Origin: Candidatus Eiseniibacteriota bacterium
Lineage (GTDB): Bacteria; Eisenbacteria; RBG-16-71-46; CAVPCR01
Direction of reading: 5' to 3'
DNA: 64,000 nt
Assembly (NCBI GenBank): GCA_963823555.1
Contig: CAWGMA010000002.1
Location: 128,001-192,000, forward strand
Position numbers and translations under genes: made by a program. Below are positions 54,748 through 64,000 of this stretch, piece after piece. The notes beneath the pieces were generated by a model. That model was not told where the DNA came from. It did no database searches and saw only the letters and a program-made list of their open reading frames with translations. Each line of letters begins with the position of its first letter. Position 1 is the first letter of the stretch.

Positions 54748-55485
54748 ATGCCTGAGCTGATCGTCAATCTGAACAGCGTCGCCCTGTTGCGCGAGGGATC
54801 CGGGGCGCTCGATCCGGATCCGGTGCAAGTCGCCGCTGTCGCCGAGGCGGCAGGTGCGGCAGGAATCGCCGTACAGCTGCGCGATGATCGGCGCCATGTG
54901 CAGGATCGCGACGTGCGGCTGCTCAAGGAGACGGTCAAGACCGCGCTGACCTTGACCATTGCTCCCAGCGAACCGCTCCTGGTCATCGCCGAGGCGCTCA
55001 AGCCCGAATGGGTGACCCTGGTCCCATCGACCGGGGGGCCTGGCGGTGGGGGAGAGATCGTCGGCCGGGAGGCCAATCTGCGGGGTGCCGTCGAGGGGTT
55101 GCGCCAGAGCGGAATCCGCTTGAGCCTCCTTCTGCAGCCGGACCTCGACCTCGTGAAGATGGCGGCCGGGCTCGGCGTGCAGGCCGTGAACCTCCACGCC
55201 GGCGCCTACGCCGAGCACTACGGCACTCCCGAGGAGTCGCGGGAGTGCGAGATGATTCGCAATGCGGCCGAGTACGCCCAGAAGCTGGGCCTCAAGGTCC
55301 GCGTGGCGGGGGGGATCGACTTTCGAAATGGCGAGCCGCTGTACCGAGTGGACGCAGTGAACGGGTTCGAGATCGGCCATGCGCTCGTGTCGCGGGCCGT
55401 GCTCGTCGGAATGGATACGGCGGTTCGCGAGATGATTGGCCTCATGAGGACCGCTCTACCAGCCGTCTCTCAATTCCGGGCTTGA
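54748..55485 (+). CDS. pdxJ: PdxJ-like protein (PNP-synthase fold) with degenerate active site
   Basis: PDPV..A, LRDDRRHVQDRDV, VTLVP, IGHALVSRA...G. Confidence 0.75.
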   Translation: MPELIVNLNSVALLREGSGALDPDPVQVAAVAEAAGAAGIAVQLRDDRRHVQDRDVRLLKETVKTALTLTIAPSEPLLVIAEALKPEWVTLVPSTGGPGGGGEIVGREANLRGAVEGLRQSGIRLSLLLQPDLDLVKMAAGLGVQAVNLHAGAYAEHYGTPEESRECEMIRNAAEYAQKLGLKVRVAGGIDFRNGEPLYRVDAVNGFEIGHALVSRAVLVGMDTAVREMIGLMRTALPAVSQFRA

Positions 55486-55678
55486 GGAAACGGAGGTGTG
55501 TTGGCGGCGTCACTGCGTGGTTCGGGGCATCCCGAATTGCAGACGAGTCTCACTCGGACCCGTGGTGGATGTCTCCCCTCATGAGGCCGTCTTCTTCTCG
55601 AAAGGCCGTTGAGATGCTAGCAACCAGAGTCCTGACCGCGGGTGCCGAGCGGCCCTGCAACACAAGGTTCGATCGATC

Positions 55679-57241
55679 ATGAGTGCAACGACACGCTGGA
55701 AGCTGATCCTGGTCATCGCCGTGTTCGCCATCGCCGGCTACTACCTGTGGCCGACCTACAACTACTACTTCCGGATGACCCCAGAAGAGCAGTTGGTGGC
55801 CAAGGACGTGCGCGGCAAGATCATCCACCTCGGTCTCGATCTGCTCGGTGGCATGCACGTCGTGCTGGAGGCGGATCTGAGTCAGGTGCCCGCAGACCAG
55901 GCCGGTGACGCCCTGGATCGGGTGGTCGAGATCCTGCGCAACCGCGTCGATCAGTTCGGCGTCGCTGAGCCGGTCATCCAGAAGCAAGGCAACGATCGGA
56001 TCGTCGTCGACCTGGCCGGTGTCCAGGACGAGGCAGCCGTACGCAACCTGATCGGATCGACGGCGCGCCTCGAGTTCCGCATGGTGGTCTCTCAGGCCGT
56101 CGCTGCCAATCTCGTCGATCGCCTCGACCGCGAGCTCGCTGCGCGGGGGGTCGGGGCCGATTCGGCTGATGCGCGGCCCCTCTCTTCCAAGTTCGCCGTG
56201 TTCTACCAGCCGCAGTATGGCATTCCCACCGGGGCCTTCGTCCGCGAGTCCGACGTCCCGGCCGTGAGCGGCCTCCTCAAGAAGGCAGCCGAGCTTGGTA
56301 TCCAGACCGGTGAGGCCGAGCCGCTGTGGGAGCTCGATCCCAAGACCATCGCCAACGTCGAAGGGCGCATCCTCCAGTTCGTCAATCGCAACATCGAGCT
56401 TTCCGGCGACCTGGTCGCCAGTGCCGAGCGCCGATTCGACCTCGACCTCGATCGGCCGAATGCCCCTGGTGTGAGCATGACTTTCTCCAACCGGGGGGCG
56501 ACACGCTTCGCCCAGGTGACCAAGGCCAACGTCGGCAACCACCTCGCCATCGTGCTCGACGGCGTGGTGCGTTCGGCGCCCGTCATCCGCGAGGCGATCC
56601 GCGGCGGCCGCGCTTCGATCACCGGCAGCTTCAACGATCAGGAAGCGCTTGTCCTGGCCACCGTGCTCAGGGCCGGGGCGCTGCCGGTCGATGTCAAGAT
56701 CGCCGAGGAGCGAACCGTGGGTCCATCCCTGGGCCGTGATTCGGTGCGGTCGAGCCTCCGGGCAGGGATGTGGGCGGCGCTGGCAACCGCAGCCTTCATG
56801 TTGATCTGGTACAGGGGCTCCGGCGTTCTGGCCATCATCGCCATGATCCTCCAGGTCTTCCTCCTCCTCGCCGGGCTGGCCGCGCTTCGCGGCACGCTCA
56901 CCGTCCCTGGCATCGCCGGCATCATTCTCACCATCGGGATGGCTGTCGATGCGAACGTGCTCATCTATGAACGCATTCGTGAGGAGATCCGGAATCACAA
57001 GACCGTGAGGGCGGCGATCGATGCCGGCTACAGCCGCGCGTTCATCACCATCCTCGATTCGAACCTGACGACGCTCATCGCGGCGCTCGTGCTCTTCCAG
57101 TACGGAACCGGTCCGGTCCGGGGTTTTGCCGTCACCCTGTCGATCGGGATCGTCGCCAACATGCTCACGGCCGTGCTCTTCACGCGCATGGTCTTCGACC
57201 TGATCACGAGCCGTCGCCGTCTCGAGCGGCTGAGTATCTAG
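55679..57241 (+). CDS. secD: Protein translocase subunit SecD
   Basis: LGLDLLGG, RVDQFGVAEP, LRAGALP, VGPSLG, GMAVDANVLIYERIREE, GPVRGFA. Confidence 0.97.
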   Translation: MSATTRWKLILVIAVFAIAGYYLWPTYNYYFRMTPEEQLVAKDVRGKIIHLGLDLLGGMHVVLEADLSQVPADQAGDALDRVVEILRNRVDQFGVAEPVIQKQGNDRIVVDLAGVQDEAAVRNLIGSTARLEFRMVVSQAVAANLVDRLDRELAARGVGADSADARPLSSKFAVFYQPQYGIPTGAFVRESDVPAVSGLLKKAAELGIQTGEAEPLWELDPKTIANVEGRILQFVNRNIELSGDLVASAERRFDLDLDRPNAPGVSMTFSNRGATRFAQVTKANVGNHLAIVLDGVVRSAPVIREAIRGGRASITGSFNDQEALVLATVLRAGALPVDVKIAEERTVGPSLGRDSVRSSLRAGMWAALATAAFMLIWYRGSGVLAIIAMILQVFLLLAGLAALRGTLTVPGIAGIILTIGMAVDANVLIYERIREEIRNHKTVRAAIDAGYSRAFITILDSNLTTLIAALVLFQYGTGPVRGFAVTLSIGIVANMLTAVLFTRMVFDLITSRRRLERLSI

Positions 57242-57266
57242 GGCGCAGCCCGAAGAGGTTCATTCG

Positions 57267-58244
57267 ATGGAGTTCCTGGTCAACACCAACTTCAATTTCA
57301 TGGGACGGCGGAACATCGCTTTCCTGGTCTCCGGCCTGGCCACGCTGATCGCGATCGGCTCGCTCATCGCCCATGGGGGCCCTAGGTACTCGGTCGACTT
57401 CACCGGCGGTACCTTTGTCGAGGTGCGCTTCGACCGGCCGATGGACGTGGCGGAGCTCCGGGCGGCGGTGACCGACATCGGCCTCGGCGGCAGCGAGATC
57501 CAGAAGGTGGGCAACGAGGAGGAGTACATCTTCCGCATGAACGAGGTCGAGGTCGCGACCAAGTCGCGCGAGATCCTCGGCAGCGAGATCTCCAATCCCT
57601 ACGGCCTGATCGAGCACGCGATCAAGCAGCGCATGCCGGAGGTCGAGACCACGCTCCGTCGCCAGGAGACGGTCGGGCCCAAGATCGGCGGCGAGCTGCG
57701 GGCCCGGGCCACCAAGGCGGTGCTCATCGCCCTGGCCCTCATGCTCGTCTACATCGCGCTTCGCTTCCCCGGATTGAGCTTCGCAGTGTGCGCGGTGGTC
57801 GCTCTCTTCCACGATGTCATCCTGACCCTCGGGGTCTTGTCGATCCTCGACAAGGAAGTCTCGCTCACCGTGCTGGCGGCGCTGCTCACCATCGCCGGCT
57901 ACTCGATCAACGACACCATCGTCGTATACGATCGAATCCGCGAGGAGCTCAAGGCCCACCGCCGCGAGCCGATCCAGCAGGTGATCAACCGTGCCGTCAA
58001 CCTGACCCTGAGCCGCACACTGCTCACCGGTCTGACCACGATCCTGTCGCTCATTGCCCTCCTTCTCGTGGGCGGGACCGTGATCCACGACTTCGCCTTC
58101 ACGCTCCTCATCGGGGTCCTGTGGGGGACCTATTCATCGGTGTACGTGGCGAGCGCGCTGGTGGTGGGCTGGGAGAACCGGCGGGCCTCAGGCGAGACCC
58201 GCCGCGGTTCGCGCCGCGAGCGGCAGGCAGCGCGCTCCGCATAG
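57267..58244 (+). CDS. secF: Protein translocase subunit SecF
   Basis: VDFTGG, VGP.IG.EL, HDV, GYSINDTIVVYDRIRE, GTYSS. Confidence 0.97.
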   Translation: MEFLVNTNFNFMGRRNIAFLVSGLATLIAIGSLIAHGGPRYSVDFTGGTFVEVRFDRPMDVAELRAAVTDIGLGGSEIQKVGNEEEYIFRMNEVEVATKSREILGSEISNPYGLIEHAIKQRMPEVETTLRRQETVGPKIGGELRARATKAVLIALALMLVYIALRFPGLSFAVCAVVALFHDVILTLGVLSILDKEVSLTVLAALLTIAGYSINDTIVVYDRIREELKAHRREPIQQVINRAVNLTLSRTLLTGLTTILSLIALLLVGGTVIHDFAFTLLIGVLWGTYSSVYVASALVVGWENRRASGETRRGSRRERQAARSA

Positions 58245-58259
58245 GCCGGAGGCTACGGC

Positions 58260-58793
58260 ATGGCGATCGTGCTCGTGGCATGCCTCATGATTCTGGGCGG
58301 AGAAGCCGCCATGGCCCAGAAGGAGCCTCCCGTCCGGGCGCCGGCGGCGGCTCCTGCGGGCTCGTCCGCCGTCATGGCGGCACCTGCCGATTCGCTGGCT
58401 TCCGCGCGGGCGGCACAGGCTACGGTCCCCCTCGCCCGTGCCAGTCCGCTCGCTGTGCTGGCCAGGTTCGAAGAAGCCTGGCGCGACGGCGCGCTCGACA
58501 CCGTTCTGGCCTGCCTCTCCACGAACTCGATCGAAATCGCCATCCACGAGGCGGGCCCTCCCGGCGGCCACTTTCCACCGAATCAGGCGGGGTTCCTGAT
58601 TCGCGACCTCCTTCACTACGGAGGGCCGCAGCAGTTTCGTGTTGTTCGCTTCGAGTGGAAGGAGGACGAGCTTCCGCACGGCGAAGTGGAGTGGGTGCAT
58701 CAGATGGCGGGTGACGAGGTTCATGAACGCCTGGATATCGCCCTGGCCCGCGAAGCGGAAGGCTGGCGTATCGTGCGCGTCGTCACGCGCTGA
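58260..58793 (+). CDS. Secreted hypothetical protein (DUF4783-like / NTF2-like)
   Basis: Signal peptide; G.F...QA..L..DL; C-terminal GWRIVRV. Confidence 0.55.
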   Translation: MAIVLVACLMILGGEAAMAQKEPPVRAPAAAPAGSSAVMAAPADSLASARAAQATVPLARASPLAVLARFEEAWRDGALDTVLACLSTNSIEIAIHEAGPPGGHFPPNQAGFLIRDLLHYGGPQQFRVVRFEWKEDELPHGEVEWVHQMAGDEVHERLDIALAREAEGWRIVRVVTR

Positions 58794-58861
58794 GCCATCG
58801 TCAACTCATGGTCGCGCCATCGTCGGCGCGGCGGCCGGCCGCACACAAGGAGGATGTGAGC

Positions 58862-59317
58862 TTGGCCCTCGAACATCATTACCAGTGTCAACTCGCCTGG
58901 ACCGGAGAGAAGCGTGGACGCCTCGATGCCCCGGGCCTTCCCTCTCTCGAAGTGGCGACTCCCCCGGAGTTCAAAGGGCATCCGGGAATGTGGACCCCCG
59001 AGCACCTGTTCGTTGCGTCCTCGCTCTCGTGTCTGATGACCACGTTCGTCGCGCTGGCCGAGAAGGCCCGGCTGAGCCTCGCGCGTTTCGACGCCTCGGC
59101 CCACGGGAAGCTCACTCAAGCCGCCGACGGCAAGCTCGCCATCACCGAGATCGCGCTCGAGCCGGAGATCACGGTCAGCGAGCCCGATGATGAGGCCAAG
59201 GCGCTCGACTTGATCGAGAAGGCCGAGAAGTACTGCTTGGTCTCCAATTCGATGAAGTCGACGGTCACGCTCAAGCCGCGTGTGATCGTGGACCCTGCGG
59301 CCGCTGCATCGAGTTGA
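58862..59317 (+). CDS. OsmC/Ohr family protein
   Basis: RBS AAGGAGG 8 nt before TTG; PPEF.G, WTPEHLF, SCLMTTF, AEKYCLVSNS. Confidence 0.9.
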   Translation: MALEHHYQCQLAWTGEKRGRLDAPGLPSLEVATPPEFKGHPGMWTPEHLFVASSLSCLMTTFVALAEKARLSLARFDASAHGKLTQAADGKLAITEIALEPEITVSEPDDEAKALDLIEKAEKYCLVSNSMKSTVTLKPRVIVDPAAAASS

Positions 59318-59428
59318 AGATCCGTCGAAACCGCCTGCACGCGTTGCATCCAGGCGTCCTACGTTGCTCACGCCAAGGTGAGGTTTGCGCTGCATGGGAT
59401 CCTCTTCCGGGGCGGACAGTCGTTCTCC

Positions 59429-59457
59429 TAGACAATGAATCCACAATGTGTTAGCAT
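59429..59457 (+). promoter_or_regulatory. Putative sigma70 promoter
   Basis: TAGACA-17nt-TAGCAT with TG extension. Confidence 0.55.
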
Positions 59458-59548
59458 GCGACACACGCAGCCGGTCGATGGTCGGCCGGTGCTCCCTTGC
59501 CAGCGAATGTCTGGTCATCTCGAGGCCGGGCAAGAGGAGATCTTCAAC

Positions 59549-60290
59549 GTGAAACAGCTATCGCTTCTCGTGGCTCTCTTGGTCCTCGGTAGCGTCACCG
59601 TGGCTACAGCGGCCGACTTCACCGCCTTCTCGGACGTTCCGGTGGGAACCGAGGCCAGCCCGGCTGTGCAGGGGCCGACGCTCCCGCCGTGGACCTCGAT
59701 GCTGACCCTGACCTTCTGGAACGATGCCGGGCTCTTCGGAGCCGCGTTCCCGGGGTTGACCATGGAGGACTTCTCCGCCACCAACGTGCCGGCGAATTCC
59801 GTCGAGGCCTGTGATGGTCCTTTCAACGCCGCGACCAACAACCTCTGCTTCTCGCCTGGCGACATCGTCGCTGGACTCGAAGTCGACAACCTCGCGGCGC
59901 CTCCCAACAATCTGAATGTCGTCCTGACGCCGCCTTTCCTCAGCGTGACCTCGGTCGCCGTGGGTCCCAACACCTTCGACGCCGATGCGGTGATCCGGTT
60001 CACCCCTGCGGTCGCGGCCGTCGGCATGGACGTGATCTCGCCGTTCGGGCCGTTCCCCGTCACGGTCAACGTCTTCGGTGCCGCCGGACTCGCTCGGCTC
60101 CACCTCGGTGACCATGGGACCGACCGCCGCCTTCTGGGGTGTCAGCAGCGACACCGATCTGATCACCCGCCTCGAGTTCTCGGCAGGCATTGGCAATGGC
60201 GAGCTCTTCTCCAACATCCGCTTCGGAGCGGGTGGTGCCACCCCGGTCGAGTCCGCGACCTGGGGCCAGATCAAGAGCACGTTCGAGTAG
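59549..60290 (+). CDS. Secreted beta-sandwich protein with TWGQIK tail; frameshift at ~60088
   Basis: RBS GAGGAG, GTG start, signal peptide; joining two ORFs gives ...FGAAG/SLGSTSV...FWGVSS...TPVESATWGQIKSTFE*. Confidence 0.75.
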
Positions 60291-60354
60291 CCAGCTTCGA
60301 TTCATCGACGCGATCGCAGCAGGCTCGAAGCCGGCGCTGATCGCGGGTCGACCA

Positions 60355-60395
60355 CGAATGGGCCGCCGGGGTTCGATCCCCGGCGGCCCCATTCG
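60355..60395 (+). terminator. Intrinsic terminator hairpin
   Basis: CGAATGGGCCGCCGGGG-TTCGAT-CCCCGGCGGCCCCATTCG then CTTT. Confidence 0.7.
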
Positions 60396-60413
60396 CTTTC
60401 CGGTCGGGGGTCT

Positions 60414-60441
60414 TTGACTTCCGCCTCCGAGCACCTATACT
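60414..60441 (+). promoter_or_regulatory. Putative sigma70 promoter for tamAB
   Basis: TTGACT-16nt-TATACT. Confidence 0.6.
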
Positions 60442-60521
60442 GCGTATCCGCGCCGGCGACCACTGCCAGCGCTGGAGCCCATTCCGCTGATTCGATGCCA
60501 CAGGGACTGCCTTCCATAATC

Positions 60522-62269
60522 ATGATGCAATCGGTGACTGCCAGGCTCCCTGCGGGCCTTCTCGGGATCCTCGTTGCTGCTCGTTTCCCCGGCGGCCCTC
60601 GCCGACAAGGTCGATGTCGAGATCACCGGCATCGAGGGGGAGCCGGCCAGGAACGTCCGGATCGTCCTCGGCGATCGCCAACGCGGAGAAGGATCCGACG
60701 CCGCAGGAGATCCAGCGGCTCCATGCCCGGGGCCAGGACGAGATCGCCCTGGCCCTCGAGCCTTACGGTTACTACCGGCCGACGATCGACGGCACCCTCG
60801 AGGAGGTGGAACCGGGGCACTGGCAAGCGCGCTACGCGATCGACCCCGGGGGGCAGGTGCGCATTCGCAGCGTGGACATCCGACTCAGCGGCGAGGGCGA
60901 GACGGATTCCAAGCTCGTCGACCCGGTTGCCGCTTTCCCGCTCGCTCCCGGCGACAGCCTCGTCCACGCCGACTACGATCAAGTGAAGAGCGGCCTCAGC
61001 TTCGCCGCCGCCGATAACGGCTACTTCGACGCCGCCTTCGATTCCACTGCGATCCTCGTCGATCGGGACTCACTGGCCGCCGACATCGTGATCCACTTCT
61101 CGACCGGACCGCGCTATCGCTTCGGTCCAGTGGCTCTCGAGCAGGACATCCTCGACCCGCGCGTTCTCGCCGGCTACATCACCTTCGAAGAGGGTGATCC
61201 CTACGAGGTAGGGAAGCTCCTCGAGCTGCAATCGGGCCTGAGCGCAAGCCCCTACTTCTCGCGCGTGGAGGCCAGGCCGCACCCCGACGAGGCCGATAGC
61301 TTGAGGGTGCCGATCGAGGTGGAGCTCGAGCCGCGCAAGACCCAGCGCTTCGATGTCGGCCTGGGCTATGGCACCGACACCGGTGTGCGCGCCAACTTCG
61401 ATGCCGAATTGCGCCGGCTCAACAGGCGCGGGCACCGCGCCGAGGCGAATCTCAGGATCTCCCAGATCGAGCAGAGCGCTTCCGCGCGCTACATCATGCC
61501 GAGTCTCCACCCGAGCACGGCGGTCTACTCGCTCTATGCCGGTTATGCCCACCTCGAACCCGAGACCAGCGAGAGCGACAAGTGGGTCTTCGGCGGCAAC
61601 GTCACCCGGACACGGTGGGGCTTCCAGGAGACCTTCTCCCTCAGCTACGAGATCGAGGACTTCGTGGTGGGGCTCGACGAGGGTCGCTCGCGTCTGTTCC
61701 TGCCTGCGCTCGGCTACACGCGGACGCAGGCCGACGACCGCATCTTCACGCGGAACGGCTACCGTCTCCGCTTCGATGTGCGAGGCGCTCACGACAAGGT
61801 CCTCTCGACCTCCACGCTGCTGCAGCTCCGCGGCGATGTGAAGGCGATCCGGCCGCTGGGCGCGCGCACGCGCCTTCTCGTTCGCGCCGGCGGCGGCCGC
61901 ACGTTCACCGATGAGTTCCACCAGCTCCCGGCCACTCTCCGCTTCTTCACCGGCGGCGATCAGAGTGTGCGCGGCTACCGCTACAAGTCGCTGGCCCCGC
62001 GAGATGCCGAGGGCGAGGTGCTCGGCGGCGAGATCATCGTCGAGGGCAGCGTGGAGCTCGAGCTCATGCTCCTCAAGTCGTGGGGAGTCGCCGTCTTCTA
62101 TGACGCCGGGAATGCCTTCTCGCCGGACTCCCCGTTCATCCTCGAGAAGGGGACGGGGGCGGGTCTCAGGTGGCTGTCTCCCGTTGGCCTCGTGCGCGTC
62201 GACGGCGCCTATGCGGTCGGCACGCCGAACATGGTACGCCTGCACATCGGGATCGGGCCGGACCTATGA
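60522..62269 (+). CDS. tamA: TamA (Omp85 family); two frameshifts near 60573 and 60670
   Basis: Signal peptide and first POTRA split over three frames; GYY.P, GYFDA, GYGTDTG, RFFTGGDQSVRGY, W.SPVG, IGPDL. Confidence 0.9.
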
Positions 62270-64000
62270 ACACGCTGGAATCCAGGGCAACCGCCATGGC
62301 GGCACCCGGCCGCCCCCTGTGGCTGCGGGTGCTCAAGCGGCTCGCCATCGTTGTGGGCGCGATCATCCTCCTGGCGATCCTCACCGGCATCTTCGTCCTC
62401 GGCACCGAGGCCGGAGGGCGCCTGCTGATCTCGAGTCTCGACCACCCGACGACACCGCTCGTGGTCGAGGCGTTTTCGGGCCGGCTCGGCAGCCGGTTCG
62501 AACTCCGTGGCATTCGCGTCGAATCGGACTCGCTCCCGGTCGAGGCCGCGGTCGAAAGGCTGGCCGTGGCGTGGCATCCGCTCGAGCTCGCGCGAAGGAA
62601 GCTCAAGATCGATCGCATCGACGTGAGCGGTGTCGAGGTGACCGTGCTCGAGACCGCACCGAGCGAGAAGACCGAACCGGCCCGGGCCGATTCCACTCCG
62701 GCTGCGATCGAGCTCCCGATCGCCATCGAGCTCGGCGAGCTCGTGATCGAGCGGGCGCACGTCGCGGCGCCCGGGGACATCGCCGTCGACCTGGCGGAGC
62801 TTCGGGCTGGAGGCAGCCTCGATTCCTACTGGCTCGAGCTGACCGCCCAGGTGGCGGCGCCCCCGATCGACTCGGCCGCGGTTGCTCTCGACGCGCGGGG
62901 CGGATCGGATCACGCCGAGATCAAGTCCCTCCGTGTCGATGCCCTCGATGGAACGCTCACCCTCGAGGGCCGCGCCGCCTGGCTGCCGCTGATCTCGTGG
63001 GACGTGGCGCTGGCGATCGAGCACATGGTTCCGGGGCCCTTGCTTCCCGATCCCGAGGCCTGGCCGGGAGAGGTGTCGCTGCGGGCGGGATCCCAGGGTC
63101 AGCTCATCGACGGCCAGCCCCATGCCCAGGCAAGGCTCGAGTCGCTCGACGGCACGTTGCGCGGCTATCCAATATCCGGCATGGCGGATCTCGCTCTCCA
63201 GGGCCAGCGCCTCGACATCGAGGCCATCGACCTGAGCTGGGGGGCCGCCGGGTTGCGCCTCGAGGGGCGGGTTGAGGAGACGATCGATCTCGTCTTCGCC
63301 GTCGATACCGAGGACCTGGGAATCGCCATCCCCGAGGCCTCGGGTTCCGCGCATGTCTCGGGGCGGGCGGCGGGCAGCCGCTCGGCTCCCAAGCTCGACG
63401 TGGAGCTCCGGGGCGACTCGATCGCCATCGCCGAGAATCGCGTGGCCGCCCTCGCCGGCCGGATCGCCGCCGATCTCGGCGACGAGGGAGCGAACGATAT
63501 CGCTCTCAAGGCGCGCGGGATCGAAGCGGCGGGGCAGGTGGTGGACTCCCTCGCGGTGTTCGCCACCGGTGGGAAGAGGGCCCACGACGTGTCCACCCAC
63601 GTGCGCAGTGACTCGCTCGGCCTCAGGCTCGACCTCGCCGTGTCCGGCGGACTTGTCGATTCGACCTGGCAGGGACAGCTGACGCAGCTTGACATCGATT
63701 CGCGTGACGCCGGGAAGTGGGGGCTTGCCGGTCCGGCCGGCGTGCGCGCGGCCAAGACGCAGGCTCAGCTCGAGGGCTTCTGCCTCGAGTCCCGCGGCGG
63801 CTTGCCCGGCACCGAGGGATCCGCTGGTACCACGCGGCTCTGTCTCGATGGCTCCTATGCCCAGACCGACGGTGGCCGCGGTCAGCTCGAGATCGCCGCG
63901 CTGCCACTCGCTCTACTCGGATCCTTCCTGCCGGAACACTGGTCGATGGCCGGCGTACTGGCCGCGGAAGCCCGGTTCGCCATCGCTGCGGATACCCGGA
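62266..64000 (+). CDS. tamB: TamB-like protein, 5' part (runs off the window)
   Basis: ATGA overlap with tamA; N-terminal TM, GTEAG, extended beta-rich repeats; open to the window end. Confidence 0.85.
   Translation, partial: MNTLESRATAMAAPGRPLWLRVLKRLAIVVGAIILLAILTGIFVLGTEAGGRLLISSLDHPTTPLVVEAFSGRLGSRFELRGIRVESDSLPVEAAVERLAVAWHPLELARRKLKIDRIDVSGVEVTVLETAPSEKTEPARADSTPAAIELPIAIELGELVIERAHVAAPGDIAVDLAELRAGGSLDSYWLELTAQVAAPPIDSAAVALDARGGSDHAEIKSLRVDALDGTLTLEGRAAWLPLISWDVALAIEHMVPGPLLPDPEAWPGEVSLRAGSQGQLIDGQPHAQARLESLDGTLRGYPISGMADLALQGQRLDIEAIDLSWGAAGLRLEGRVEETIDLVFAVDTEDLGIAIPEASGSAHVSGRAAGSRSAPKLDVELRGDSIAIAENRVAALAGRIAADLGDEGANDIALKARGIEAAGQVVDSLAVFATGGKRAHDVSTHVRSDSLGLRLDLAVSGGLVDSTWQGQLTQLDIDSRDAGKWGLAGPAGVRAAKTQAQLEGFCLESRGGLPGTEGSAGTTRLCLDGSYAQTDGGRGQLEIAALPLALLGSFLPEHWSMAGVLAAEARFAIAADTR

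Noticed and set aside
55492..55584. Short ORF after GGAGGT upstream of secD (possible yajC)
   Set aside because: 27 codons, no hydrophobic helix and no YajC motif
60361..60391. GGGGTTCGATCCCC...CCCCA resembling a tRNA T-arm / 3' end
   Set aside because: No D or anticodon arm, and the 7-nt T-loop geometry fails; it is part of a long terminator stem

Overview
High-GC bacterial chromosomal DNA from a diderm. Secreted proteins ending in FlgD-Ig/T9SS-like domains or in a '...TWGxIK' tail suggest an FCB-associated lineage such as Ca. Eisenbacteria, Krumholzibacteriota or Latescibacterota; this is inference only. The window holds about 55 genes. Housekeeping and metabolic genes include zwf-opcA-glk, type III glnA, gyrA-rex, metG, hsp20, tatD-rsmA, secDF, tamAB, lemA-TPM and aqpZ, alongside many secreted or envelope proteins. 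I saw no rRNA, tRNA, CRISPR array or mobile element. The strongest hidden signal is a secreted Omp28/thioredoxin-like protein (10902-11969) with an in-frame TGA exactly at the first Cys of a CxxC motif (U-G-V-C), followed by a SECIS-like hairpin. It is a likely selenoprotein that the ORF track split. Other highlights: a shared C-terminal TWGxIK tail on two unrelated secreted proteins; MetG lacking its C-terminal tRNA-binding domain while such a domain is fused to a SlyD-like protein; adjacent PdxJ-like and YibQ-like genes that both lack catalytic residues; an NLP-like motif in a secreted protein; an unannotated 51-aa membrane ORF; and a sigma54 promoter at hsp20. Several genes carry single-base frameshifts that are probably assembly errors. 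All family assignments are from motif recognition, not database searches.
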